Shown here: positions 9,164 through 19,375 of the stretch, one piece after another
Position numbering within the stretch: the first letter of the stretch is position 1
Layout: every line of letters starts with the position of its first letter
NCBI GenBank assembly: GCA_965223905.1
Contig: CBDCXV010000001.1
Span: 32,001 to 96,000, forward strand
From: Candidatus Latescibacterota bacterium
GTDB taxonomy: Bacteria; Latescibacterota; UBA2968; UBA8231
Direction: 5' to 3'
DNA length: 64,000 bases
The notes under the pieces: generated by a model
Databases searched by the model: none
Told to the model about the DNA's origin: nothing
The model's input: only the letters and a program-made list of their open reading frames with translations
Made by a program: the position numbers and the translations under genes

Positions 9164-10104
9164 ATGCTCCACGTTTTCATGTCCTATTCGCACGTAGATG
9201 AAACCCTGCGAAACGAGCTGGAAAAGCACCTTTCCGGTCTTCGGCGACAGGGGGTAATCACGACTTGGCACGACCGCAGGATCGGTCCCGGAGAAGATCT
9301 TCACGGTCAGATCAGCGTCCAGCTCAACACCGCGAACATCATTTGCTCCTGGTCAGCGCGGACTTTCTCAACTCCGACTATTGCTATGACGTCGAGTTGA
9401 TTCGGGCAATGGAACGCCACGAACAAGGCGATGCGCGCATTTTACCGGTCATCCTACGACCGTGTGATTGGCATGGGGCGCCGTTCGGCAAGTTGAGGGC
9501 TGTGCCCGCTGACGGAAAACCTGTGGTCAAACACGCAACTCTGGACGAAGGATTCCTCGAGGTTGCCCAAGCAATTCGCGAAGTGGCAGGCGAAACGAGC
9601 CGGATTCCCGCCCCAAGCGCTTCGAAGCCCGTCTCGGATGGTGAAGGTATAGCACCCCGGGGTCCCCGTTCGAGCAATCTCAGAGTAAGGAGGGATTTCG
9701 CCGACCATGACCGCTACGCTTTTCTCCGCGACGCCTTCGAGTACATTTCCCGCTTTTTTGAGAACTCTTTGAGCGAGCTCCAAGAGCGAAACGAACAAGT
9801 GGAATCCGATTTCCGAAAGATTGATGCCAACAGGTTCGAGGCAAGAGCTTTTGTTGGTGGTGAAGAGCAGGGCTTTTGCGGTATCTGGCTCGGCGGGTTA
9901 TCGCGCACCGAGGGTCTGTTTTTCTCATTCGGTGGAATGGACAACGGCAGCTATAATGAGTCTATGTCGGTGGATGACGATGGCTACACGTTGTTCCTAA
10001 AGCCACTGGGGATGGCCCGCCTAGGCCAACAACATGACGATGAACTCACCATGGAGGGCGCTGCCGAATATTTCTGGGACCTATTTGTAGAAAGACTAAG
10101 GTAG
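9164..10104 (+). pseudogene. TIR domain protein, split by a 1-nt frameshift at ~9341-9344
   Basis: MLHVFMSYSHVDETLRNELEKHL...TWHDRRI..G...ANII continues in another frame as LLLVSADFLNSDYCYDVEL...ILPVILRPCDW. One extra T in 'atcatttgctc' restores a single ORF, so this is either a real lesion or a homopolymer error. Confidence 0.85.
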
Positions 10105-10459
10105 AGCACGTGAGGAGGTACCTGGGGAAGCGTTGATTTCCTCGTCTGCTTCCTTGAGGAGCAGAGCGGCGGTCGAGCCGGCTTGCCAAGCAATCAAACC
10201 AATCCTCAAGGACCTATGGAGACTCCGGCATCCTTCTGCGGTCCTGTTCCAGCCAGGCCTGTGGATCTTCGGTTAGTGCCAGATCCGGATGGTCACCCCG
10301 AAGACGGTAAGGCCAAAATGAACCGCGGCGCCCGGTCCGAGGGCCCTGTTGTCTGTTGGGTCCTTCCGACTGCGGGATTCCTCCCAATTCACGACGTAAC
10401 GGAACGATCTCACCATTTTTTTGCTACCATCTGGAGGGTCTTAACGGCTCTCTGCAGGC

Positions 10460-10581
10460 CCCCACCGACTGCTCGAACTGGCCAAGCCGGGCTGCTGGAC
10501 GCCCGCAAGATCAGGAATCGGTGGTACTTCAACCCCGTTGAGGATTGGAAGGTCGCCTTTCCGGGACCCGTGGAAGCGTAG
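10460..10581 (+). pseudogene. Possible remnant of a Fic-family C-terminal winged-helix tail
   Basis: With two frame corrections it reads TD-LLELAQAGLLDARKIRNRWYFNPVEDW, similar to Fic C-termini. Short and degraded. Confidence 0.3.
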
Positions 10582-11008
10582 GAGATTGACCCGGGGCGGG
10601 GGACCAGATCCATCATGTCGGTCCAGCGCTGGGGGAAGACGTAGCTGTCCGACAGCGGCGGATCCCCGGGTGGGTGAAAACGCCTGGCATCGTGGTTCTC
10701 CGCGGCTGGGACCAGGACCCACAGGATTTCCATGGACCGCTACCAGTGATCCTCGATGGAGACCCAGGGCTCGGCGACGAAATGGTCCGCACGGCGCAAA
10801 ATACCCAAAACGGCTGCCCAAACGTCATACTGAGTTAGAGGAAAGAGAATTCCCGGCGAGTACCGGCAGCACTCAAGTGTGTTCAATGACAGGGGGGCCA
10901 CCCGCGCTCGCATCGCCCCCCGATGGGCGAAAGAATTCGGTATTTGTCACCGACGTAAGGAATTTCGTAGACTGCTGGTCAAACCTGCCTGACCTCCTGC
11001 ACGCAACC

Positions 11009-12337
11009 ATGCCGATCGAGGTTTTTTCCAATACTGCCCGTTCCCGGGAGAGCCAGAACAAGCTGCGGCCGGAAGACAAGGCGATCCACGAATGGTACCG
11101 GTTCGTTCTGTCGTTTCCGCCTCACCTGGTTCAGGACTATGTAGACCGTTTCGGCGTCGCTGCCTCGGACACGGTTCTCGACCCCTTCTGTGGAACGGGC
11201 ACGACATTGGTCGAGTGCAAGAAACTCGGTATCGGCAGCGTCGGCATCGAGTCGACCCCGATGCCCCATTTCGCGAGCTCCGTGAAGGTCGATTGGTCGG
11301 TCGAATCCACAGAACTCCAGGACTATTCCCGGGAGGTCGTGTCGTCTGCGAGAAGGACTCTGAAGCAGCAGGGGATCGACGAATGGGACGACACTCCTCT
11401 ATTTGCTGCGAAGAAAAGCCGCCGCTCTTCACTGCGAGGACTTCCTCCGGAACAGTCGAAACTGTTGCTGAAGGACTCGATCAGCCCGTTGCCACTGCAC
11501 AAGACGCTGGTACTACTGGACTCCATCGACCGGCACGGAAACAGCCGGGTGCAGCAATACGGACGACTCGCGCTCGCGAGCGCGCTGGTTCACCGTATCG
11601 GCAACCTGAAATTCGGCCCGGAAGTGGGGGTGGGTCAGGTCAAGAAGGACGCTCCGGTTTCGGAGGCCTGGCTCGACAGCATACGGACCATGATCCATGA
11701 CCTTCGTCTATACCAAGACCAGATTGACGTACCTTCCCGGGTTATCAGGGCAGATTCCCGGGGAGCCGGCCAAATCCTGAAACCACAGTCCATAGATGCC
11801 GTAATTACCTCCCCGCCGTACCCGAACGAGAAGGACTACACCCGTACCACCCGCCTGGAATCCGTCATCTTGGGACTCATACGTGACAGAAAGGAATTGC
11901 GGTCTCTGAAACAGAACCTGATCAGGTCCAATACCAGGGGGGTGTATAAATCCGACACGGATGATCGCGAGGTTGCCGACAACGTCGAGATACGTAGTAT
12001 CGCCGACGCCATAGAGAGACGCCGTATCGAGCTGGGCAAGACATCCGGATTCGAGCGTCTGTACCCGCGGGTAACCCAGCTGTACTTCGGCGGAATGGCA
12101 CGGCATCTTTCCTCCCTCAGACCAGTCCTCAGGCCGGGGGCAAAGCTCGCCTACGTGGTGGGTGACCAGGCTTCCTATTTGAGAGTAATGATCCGCACTG
12201 GACAGCTGCTTGCGGATCTCGCCCGATCCCTGAACTACAAAGTCACCGGCATCGACCTGTTTCGGACCAGACCATCAACGGTTACGGGCGATCAGCTTCG
12301 AGAAGAGGTCGTTCTCCTGGAATGGCAGGGCAACTGA
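11009..12337 (+). CDS. Amino-DNA methyltransferase (SPPY, probably N4-cytosine; motif I before motif IV)
   Basis: IHEWYRF..SFPP, VLDPFCGTGTT (SAM binding) and VITSPPYPN (catalytic). Probable start MPIEVF at 11009. Confidence 0.9.
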   Translation: MPIEVFSNTARSRESQNKLRPEDKAIHEWYRFVLSFPPHLVQDYVDRFGVAASDTVLDPFCGTGTTLVECKKLGIGSVGIESTPMPHFASSVKVDWSVESTELQDYSREVVSSARRTLKQQGIDEWDDTPLFAAKKSRRSSLRGLPPEQSKLLLKDSISPLPLHKTLVLLDSIDRHGNSRVQQYGRLALASALVHRIGNLKFGPEVGVGQVKKDAPVSEAWLDSIRTMIHDLRLYQDQIDVPSRVIRADSRGAGQILKPQSIDAVITSPPYPNEKDYTRTTRLESVILGLIRDRKELRSLKQNLIRSNTRGVYKSDTDDREVADNVEIRSIADAIERRRIELGKTSGFERLYPRVTQLYFGGMARHLSSLRPVLRPGAKLAYVVGDQASYLRVMIRTGQLLADLARSLNYKVTGIDLFRTRPSTVTGDQLREEVVLLEWQGN

Positions 12338-12353
12338 CCGAGAGGGGGGAATC

Positions 12354-13157
12354 ATTCCTTCAAAGAATCGCTATACAGCTATCATCGAGGCGATTTTCCA
12401 CGCCAAGTATGAAAGCGGACAACGGGAGGTGAACTTCGAACGAGAGGAGATTTCCGAGTTCGCTTCCAATTTAAAAATCCGCCTGCCCAAGAACCTGGGC
12501 GATGTGATCTACAGCTTCCGGTACAGAACGGGTCTCCCTTCCAGCATTCTGGAAAAAGCACCTGCCGGAGAAACTTGGATCATCCGCCCGGCTGGGAGGA
12601 GCAAATACCGCTTTGCCCTGGTCAGCGCCCGACCTCTTGCTCCCAACCGAAACTACGCGTCTACGAAAATACCCGACTCGACTCCGGGAATAATCGCCAA
12701 GTACGCATTCAGCGACGAACAGGCCGTGTTGGCCCGCGTTCGCTACAATCGGCTGATCGACATTTTCCTCGGAATCGCCTGATACTCCCTTCAAAATCAT
12801 TTGCGGACGACGGTCCGCGGTATGGGACAGGTAGAAACGGACGAGATTTACGTCGGCCTAGATAAGAGCGGATCTCACTACGTGGTGCCAGTTCAGGCCA
12901 AGGGTGGAAACGACAGTCTCAACAGAGTACAAATCGAGCAGGACATTGCCCTTTGTGAGAACAAGCTGCCGTCTCTGATCTGCCGGCCCGTAGGAACCCA
13001 ACTAATGCAGGATGACCTGATCGCGCTCTTCGAGTTCGAGCAGGAAGGCGACGGTGTAAAGGTGGTATCGGAGAAGCACTACCAGTTGGTGCCGCCGGAT
13101 GCCGTGAGCTTGGAGGACTTGGAAAAGTACCGGAAGCGATTGTCCGACGGGATGTAA
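12354..13157 (+). pseudogene. Cognate restriction endonuclease (PD-(D/E)XK-like), inactivated
   Basis: One frame from 12354 to 13157 with an in-frame TGA at 12780-12782 (FLGIA*YSLQNHLRTT) and a QVETDE..VPVQAK motif. A purine-rich RBS (GAGAGGGGGA) is followed by ATT rather than ATG at 12354. Confidence 0.75.
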
Positions 13158-13220
13158 TCGAGCGCCTTTGCAGGCGAGGATCGCGGCGGTCAGGGAGGCA
13201 CCGCCTGACCGCGGGTCCAC

Positions 13221-13619
13221 CTACGGCTGACCCGCGGTCAGGGCGCGCGCGGCAACCATTCCGGCGGAGGTGGCCAGCAGGCAGCCGCCGACGCTCAAGC
13301 CGATGTTGGCGAGCAAGGCCGGCCAGCGGCCTTCGTTCCATAGCTGGACCGATTCGTAGCTGAACGCCGAAAACGTGGTGAAAGCCCCGAGAAAGCCGGC
13401 CATCACCAGCAACCTCACCGCGGCCCCGGCGAGCACCCGGTCGGCCAGTCCCGCCGCCAGGAAGCCGATTGCCAGGGACCCGATGACATTCACCGCCAGG
13501 GTGCCGTAAGGGAACTGCCCTGAGTGGGCGCCGATCCAGCCGCTCAGGAGAAACCTCCCGGCGGCGCCAAAGAACCCGCCGACACCGACCAGCGCCGCGT
13601 CCCGTAACAAATCGCTCAT
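13221..13619 (-). CDS. crcB: Fluoride efflux channel CrcB/FluC
   Basis: GGFFGAAGRF, FPYGTLAVNVIGS and GFLGAFTTFSAF. Confidence 0.95.
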   Translation of the reverse strand: MSDLLRDAALVGVGGFFGAAGRFLLSGWIGAHSGQFPYGTLAVNVIGSLAIGFLAAGLADRVLAGAAVRLLVMAGFLGAFTTFSAFSYESVQLWNEGRWPALLANIGLSVGGCLLATSAGMVAARALTAGQP

Positions 13620-14033
13620 CCGTGGCCCCCACTCGTCACCAGATTGGCCAACCATATCAGCAACCTTCTCATGTTTCGTTTACCTCGGTTCCGTCTTCGG
13701 CGTGTGATGCCAGCCCGGTGAGCGTCGCCCTGGCGCACCCGTCGGTGGGTCGCCGACCGGCTGTCGACCCGAATACACCGATTTTCGGCTCGCGTCCTTA
13801 CTACATTAGAACGGAATAGCAATTGATTAGCGGCTCGCTTCGCGGATGCGCAATTGGAATCGGGGAACCGTTTCGGATTCGGCCGGCCGGCAACCGTATC
13901 AGGCGGTAACGCGGATCCCCGTCATTGCAGGAACCACGCCATCTTATTCTCGGTCTGTTTCAAGACGCAATCATTGTGCCCCTTGGTTCGTTAAAGAGGC
14001 AAGTCCCATCACCCATCAACAAGGAGAAAGACC

Positions 14034-14438
14034 GTGCGCATCGCCATCGCCCTCAGCCTCGCCATCCTCCTCACCACCTCTGCTCACTCCGCCGACGACC
14101 CTGCCATCCCGAAAGAGGACAAGGCGGTGGTGCAGAAGGCCATGCAGGAGCACATCGCCGCGAATCGCGTCGGTGAGCAGTATATCATCTATGATGGAGT
14201 CTCAGGGGAGCTCCTGCGCCTCAGTTTCGTCGAGCTCCATGCCGGTGTCGTCCGCAAGGGGGAGTTCTACGTGAGCTGCGCCGACTTCACCGCCGCCGAT
14301 AGCACCAGGATCGACGTCGACTTCCTCGTCGCCGGCGACAAGGACGACCTGCGGGTTCTCGACGCCATCGTCCACAAGGTGGCCGGAACCAAGCGTCCCT
14401 ACCGCGTCGAAGACATGCCGGACGAATCGAAGGATTGA
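14034..14438 (+). CDS. Small secreted hypothetical protein
   Basis: AAGGAG RBS, GTG start, signal peptide ending AHS-A, coding-like codon usage. Confidence 0.75.
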   Translation: MRIAIALSLAILLTTSAHSADDPAIPKEDKAVVQKAMQEHIAANRVGEQYIIYDGVSGELLRLSFVELHAGVVRKGEFYVSCADFTAADSTRIDVDFLVAGDKDDLRVLDAIVHKVAGTKRPYRVEDMPDESKD

Positions 14439-14470
14439 GGGAGCTGATCCAGGCTGGATACGGCTATGCA

Positions 14471-14566
14471 CCCGGCCCGACGGAGGATCTGCACCTGGAC
14501 CGGGTCGATCTGACACAGGCCTTGTCCCGCCTGCGGTCCGAGGAACGCGAGGCGATCCAGCTGCAG
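14471..14566 (+). pseudogene. Remnant of an ECF sigma factor (start of region 4)
   Basis: PGPTEDLHLDRVDLTQALSRLRSEEREAIQL matches the 'DL..AL..L..EER.AI.L' pattern; the rest of the gene is absent. Confidence 0.45.
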
Positions 14567-14648
14567 GCTCCCGTCAACTGGACCACCTCATCATCGAGAC
14601 CCGTGCCGGCATCGGCCTGCCGCGTCGGATTGATTCCGTCAGACGATT

Positions 14649-14677
14649 TGTTATCATTACGACATGATGTGATAACA
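14649..14677. promoter_or_regulatory. Candidate VapBC autorepression operator
   Basis: Perfect inverted repeat TGTTATCA-N13-TGATAACA ending 13 nt before the antitoxin ATG. Confidence 0.55.
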
Positions 14678-14690
14678 TGGAGCCATTGGA

Positions 14691-14942
14691 ATGATTCGAA
14701 CACAGATTCAGTTGACCGACGAACAGGCGCGGCACGTCAAGCGGATCGCCGCCGAGCGGCAGGTTTCGATGGCGACGGTGATTCGCCAGGGGGTCGATCT
14801 TCTGCTGCGTTCGACGGAGACAGCCCCAACCGATGACGAGCGCATCGAACGTGCGCTATCGGTGGCCGGCCAATTCCGATCCGGCGGCGGCGATGGGGCC
14901 GCGCAACATGACCTCCACCTGCAGGATGCCTACCGCAGGTGA
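14691..14942 (+). CDS. vapB: CopG/ribbon-helix-helix antitoxin (VapB-like)
   Basis: MIRTQIQLTDEQ...A.ERQVSMATVIRQGVD; overlaps the PIN gene (GTGA). Confidence 0.85.
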   Translation: MIRTQIQLTDEQARHVKRIAAERQVSMATVIRQGVDLLLRSTETAPTDDERIERALSVAGQFRSGGGDGAAQHDLHLQDAYRR

Positions 14943-15373
14943 GTGTCCTCGTCGATACCTCCGCGCTTTACGCAGTTCTCGATGCCGACGACGATCAGCA
15001 TCCGCGGGCCATGGCTGAATGGCACCGTCTCGTGCGCGGCGCGTTCTCCCTCGTGACGACCAGCTATATCCTCGTGGAGACGACGGCCCTCATCCAGCAC
15101 CGGCTTGGGATGGAGGCCGTTCGCGCCCTCGATCAGGACATCAGACCGGTCCTGCGGGTCGAGTGGATTGACGAGGGTCTGCACGCCATCGGGATGGCCT
15201 CCATGCTCGCCGCTGGTCGCAGACGCCTGAGCCTCGTTGACTGCGTCAGTTTTGCTTTCATGTCCCGTGCAGGGCTGCGGGAAGTTTTTGCCTTCGACGA
15301 GCACTTCGCCGAACGGGGCTTCTCGTGCATCCCATCGGACGCTTCCACGACGATCAAGCCTCTCGATCCGTAG
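14939..15373 (+). CDS. vapC: PIN-domain toxin VapC
   Basis: VLVDTSALYA, ILVET, LSLVDCVSF, FAFDEHF. Confidence 0.92.
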   Translation: MSVLVDTSALYAVLDADDDQHPRAMAEWHRLVRGAFSLVTTSYILVETTALIQHRLGMEAVRALDQDIRPVLRVEWIDEGLHAIGMASMLAAGRRRLSLVDCVSFAFMSRAGLREVFAFDEHFAERGFSCIPSDASTTIKPLDP

Positions 15374-15424
15374 AAGGGGGCGAGTCCGAGGCTCTCAGGC
15401 GACCACTGCAGGCCGCGCGAAAAG

Positions 15425-16642
15425 TCAGGATAACCCGCCCACCAGACTCTGAACCGATGTTTCAAGTTCATGGGTTATCTGTTCTACCGTTTCTCTCCTT
15501 TTTGTTCTGTAGGTATCATAGCATTCCCGGAGATTCTTCGGTTCACCGACGCGGACTGATGCCACCCGCGGTCCTCGCATATCCGACCTGCCCAATACTT
15601 CCCTTTCAAGACGGAGAATCACATCGAGAAACCGCTCCGGCGATGGATCTTCGGCGACATACCCGTCGGATATTGATATGAAATTGACCAACCGTTCCAG
15701 ATCGGGATAGAACTGTTGAAATTTCCGGAGCCGTTCTTCGTGTACTTTTTGTTCGTACTCCGTCATCTCCTCGATGTCCCTGTAGACATGGGAATCTACC
15801 ATGTTTTTCAACGCGCGTGTCCTGGTGAGTAAGTCGGCTTCAGTCTGGATACCCATGATCCCTTCGGCACGTGAGAGGATCGCATCTTTCAACCTTTCGA
15901 TATGTACATCGAGGGACGCGGTTTCGTCTATCTTGTACTGATACTCCGATGCGAGTGTCCTGAATATCGCGACACCGATGCGGCGCAACCGATCATAGCG
16001 TTCTACGGGGGTCCGTTCGGCAGGCGGGAGGATATGCCGTTCCAATCGCCGCAGAGCAGCATCGATAGAGTGCCACATGTCTTGTGGGTAATAGTATTTG
16101 ATGCCGATCGGCACAACATAGAGCGACTTGCCGACTTCCGCTTTTTCGATATCGTCCAAAGCCCAGAAGCACATCTGTACAATGCCTCTCTCAAATCGCA
16201 TGACGGTGTCATTCTGGCGTGAAATTTCCCCCTCCCCAAAGATGACGACCGGCCAGTCGCCCTTGCACAACAGCTCCCGCGTCATTCGGAAGGCATCTCT
16301 GTCTACAGTTCCACGCACGACCGAGTACACACCGACCCGCTGCATCAAATAGCATCTGACAGCCCCGAACCTGCCCTTGTCGAAGACTTCCCGAGCTGCC
16401 ATATAGTAGAACGGTTGGGATAACCGCTTCGACAAGAGAAACATGACCACCGGATCTTCGTGCGCCGGATGGTTGGGGGCCAGGACCGCAGAATGCCCAT
16501 GTAGCGCCTCCAGCCTGGCAATGGATTCTGCATCGACATCCAGCGTCAACCCTTTCAAATACCAGCGATTCACAAGCGGTATCAGGGTTCGTACAATTTG
16601 GATCGTTGTCTTACTCGGTTCCGGTGGTTTGAAATCCAACAT
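15425..16642 (-). CDS. 1-acyl-glycerol-3-phosphate acyltransferase-like (PlsC family)
   Basis: NHPAHED (HX4D), YSVVRG and IFGEGE; start MLDFKPP. Confidence 0.85.
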   Translation of the reverse strand: MLDFKPPEPSKTTIQIVRTLIPLVNRWYLKGLTLDVDAESIARLEALHGHSAVLAPNHPAHEDPVVMFLLSKRLSQPFYYMAAREVFDKGRFGAVRCYLMQRVGVYSVVRGTVDRDAFRMTRELLCKGDWPVVIFGEGEISRQNDTVMRFERGIVQMCFWALDDIEKAEVGKSLYVVPIGIKYYYPQDMWHSIDAALRRLERHILPPAERTPVERYDRLRRIGVAIFRTLASEYQYKIDETASLDVHIERLKDAILSRAEGIMGIQTEADLLTRTRALKNMVDSHVYRDIEEMTEYEQKVHEERLRKFQQFYPDLERLVNFISISDGYVAEDPSPERFLDVILRLEREVLGRSDMRGPRVASVRVGEPKNLRECYDTYRTKRRETVEQITHELETSVQSLVGGLS

Positions 16643-16659
16643 CCTGTCCTGTCTTTGCG

Positions 16660-17283
16660 TTATCCCCTGCGCGAAAGCCTCCAGACATCCGGCTCCATAT
16701 TGTTTCCCGCCACCATCCACAGAGACCCGTCGAAAACGAACACGCTCCCCGCATGCCGGGGCGCCCAGGGAGTATCGGGCAATTCGGTCCAGTCCACGCC
16801 GTCGGGCGAATGCCACACATCGCGGCGATTCCCACTCTCAGCTGCCCAGCCTTCGAGCACCCACATACGGTCGTCGAACGCGGCCACCTCGTGGTATTGC
16901 CTTGGCGCCCACGGAGCGTGCGTCGTGTGCCGTTCCCAGTTCACCCCATCATCCGAGCTCCACACGTCGTTGTAGAACTTCCGGACAGGAGTTTCTGGAG
17001 TATCGTAGGTACCCCCGCCCAGAATCCACATCCGGCCGTCATGCACCGCGTAACCTGCCGTATGCCTACCCTCCCAGGGCGCATGAGGATTCTCCAGCGT
17101 CCAGGAGGCGCCATCGGCCGACGACCGGACCTCGCTGTTGCAGATCAGCGGGAAATGGACTTTGTCCCCGGGGTTCCAGCCGCCCAGCAGCCACATTCTT
17201 TCCCTGAAAACCAGCGCGCCAGCCCCGTCTCGAGCCGCGAACGCCCCTTTCTCAGCTACCAGGCGCCACTCGTATTTCGCCAT
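16660..17283 (-). CDS. Kelch-repeat protein
   Basis: Repeats of APW..R.......F...MW(L/I/V)xGG...DVW.S.DG..W. Confidence 0.85.
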   Translation of the reverse strand: MAKYEWRLVAEKGAFAARDGAGALVFRERMWLLGGWNPGDKVHFPLICNSEVRSSADGASWTLENPHAPWEGRHTAGYAVHDGRMWILGGGTYDTPETPVRKFYNDVWSSDDGVNWERHTTHAPWAPRQYHEVAAFDDRMWVLEGWAAESGNRRDVWHSPDGVDWTELPDTPWAPRHAGSVFVFDGSLWMVAGNNMEPDVWRLSRRG

Positions 17284-17566
17284 TTGTTTTTCAAATTCCT
17301 GATTACAGATACATACTCAAACTTTCAACTTCACGATTTTCTATAGAAAAGCCACGGATTCAAGATCTCGAAATCTCTTGATTCCAGGACACGTAACAAT
17401 TTAAATTCTGGCGGATTTCTAACCCGTCTCTTCGTATCGGTATGCAGACGGTTGCCAAAACACATTGACCGTAACTCGAGGTTGTCGTCGTGCCTGCCAC
17501 TTGCAGTATACGTGAGCCCTCCAGCGTGCGGGCCGCCCTGGCCCACCGGGGCGGCTCGCTTCCAAT

Positions 17567-19019
17567 TTGAGACCGGATTCGACCCTGTTCGCGCGGATCG
17601 GGGGCGCTGTGTTGTCGGAAGAATCATCGACGGTCTGTATGATCGCATCGAGATAGACGTCGAACTACGTCCCATGTTCACCCGGACGTTCACTTCCGAA
17701 CGCATGAAGCAGAAGGCCTTCATGGAAGAATGGATGGGCGGTGAACCGGATTACACCCGTCATCATGCCCACGGCGGTATCAAAAGAATCCGCGAAGCGG
17801 TGGCTGATGCATATGACCGCGTCGCTGCGTGACAACGTCGGGGAGGAGCGGCTCGTCGATGAAGTTCTTTCGACGCTCGGACCCCTCGCTCACGGCCTCG
17901 TCAACGAGGATAAACCCCCGCAAAACCGGTGGCAACTGCGATGCCACAGGGAGAAAAGATGCAGGCAGCCGGCCAAACTGGCGGCTCGGGGTCAACTGGA
18001 GGAACTGAAACGACTCCTGGACGAAGATCCCGCCATTTTGAGTGATCCGCGGCAGGGGCGATTCTCCTGGTTGAAGCTGCCTCGCGGGGACGCACCGCCG
18101 TAGCGGCCATGCTGCTGGAACGGGGAGGGGACGTCAACCTGCCGGCGCCGCACACGAGCGCTCTCATGATGACCCCTTACTGCCCCTCCCGCTACAAAAA
18201 ATAAACTCGAAACCTCCGGTTTTCTTCTGAACATGGAGCCGTGTACGACATCTTCAGCGCCTGTTTTCTCGGCGATCTGGATCGGATATCGACGCTGCTC
18301 CAGGAAGTACCCGATCTGGTCAATGCACACGATCCTGCCTGCGCTCTCCTTCCCGTAACCCCCATCCATCATGCCGTCTATGCCGGACACGAAGAGGTCG
18401 TGGAGTTCCTCTTCGAAATGGGTGCCGAACCTGGTATCAACAGCACTCCACTGGTCAGGTACGCCGCCGGTCGAGGACAGACGCGCCTGCTCAGGCTGTT
18501 GCTGAAGCGCGGCACCGACGCCTCGAGGACAGGCTGCGGACGCTGGGGCCTCGATCAGGACACCTCCGCCCTCCTGATGAGTCACGGGGCCGACGTCAAC
18601 TGCCCCGAAGGGGCCTGGGTGTGGACGGCATGTACGGGAAACAACAGCCAGAGGGACGACCCCCGTTACGTCCAGGCCCTGCTGGACCCCGAATCGACAC
18701 GGTACTGCGCGTCGCCCCAAGCGCTGCACTATGCATCCAAGGCGGGATTCACGGGTGTAATGGAAGTACTGCTGAAAAACCATGCCCCGGTCGACGCGCG
18801 GAGCGACATGGGGAAGACGCCCCTGTTTTTCGCGCTGAAGGCCGGACCGCGGGCGAACATGGTGAGAACCGTCGAGCTGCTTCTATCGCATGGGGCGGAT
18901 CCCCACCGGGAAGACGATTCCGGAAAACACCCTGGAGTATCGCCCGCCGCATGCGGCACCCGGACGCGGGCGAAATCATCGCGCTGTTCGACGCCGCCAG
19001 CTCTCGCCAGACGGCGTGA
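17567..19019 (+). pseudogene. Truncated (2/2) globin - ankyrin repeat fusion, multiply disrupted
   Basis: Stitched translation: TLFARIG(G)R.VVGRIIDGLYDRIE.D.ELRPMF...QKAFMEEWMGGEPDY...ESAKRWL.HM (trHb-like), then ankyrins (TPIHHAVYAGH, ALHYASKAG, KTPLFFA). Lesions at ~17600, ~17780, ~18055, TAA 18202-18204 and ~18925. Confidence 0.75.
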
Positions 19020-19135
19020 TTTCTGAAGCTGTTGCTCATGCCATGCCTTCGGCACCGGGGTGAACCGCCACTGTCCATATCAGCTGGGGGAGTTATATTT
19101 CGACTCATTATGACTCTCAATAATGGTTCGCGCAC

Positions 19136-19375
19136 ATGAAATCTCTCACAATACACATGGACGAGGCCTTGGACCGTCGCGTTCGAGAAAAGGCAGCGAG
19201 TGAAGGAGTCAGCCTGAACCGGACCGTGACTCGCGTGCTGCGGGAGGCGTTGGGACTCAATCCCAAGAGCAACCGGGCCCAATTCGAAGACCATATCGGC
19301 GTCTGGAGCGAGGAGGAAAAACGCGAGTTCGACGCGCTGACCAGACGGGATGTCGACCCACGGGACTGGCAATGA
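19136..19375 (+). CDS. vapB: RHH antitoxin (VapB/FitA-like)
   Basis: MKSLTIHMDEALDRRVREKAASEGVSLN; ATGA overlap with the PIN gene. Confidence 0.85.
   Translation: MKSLTIHMDEALDRRVREKAASEGVSLNRTVTRVLREALGLNPKSNRAQFEDHIGVWSEEEKREFDALTRRDVDPRDWQ

Noticed and set aside
13620-13820. Fluoride riboswitch expected upstream of crcB
   Set aside because: No GGCGAUGGxGUUCGCC-like core found on the minus strand by eye; a cmscan would settle it.
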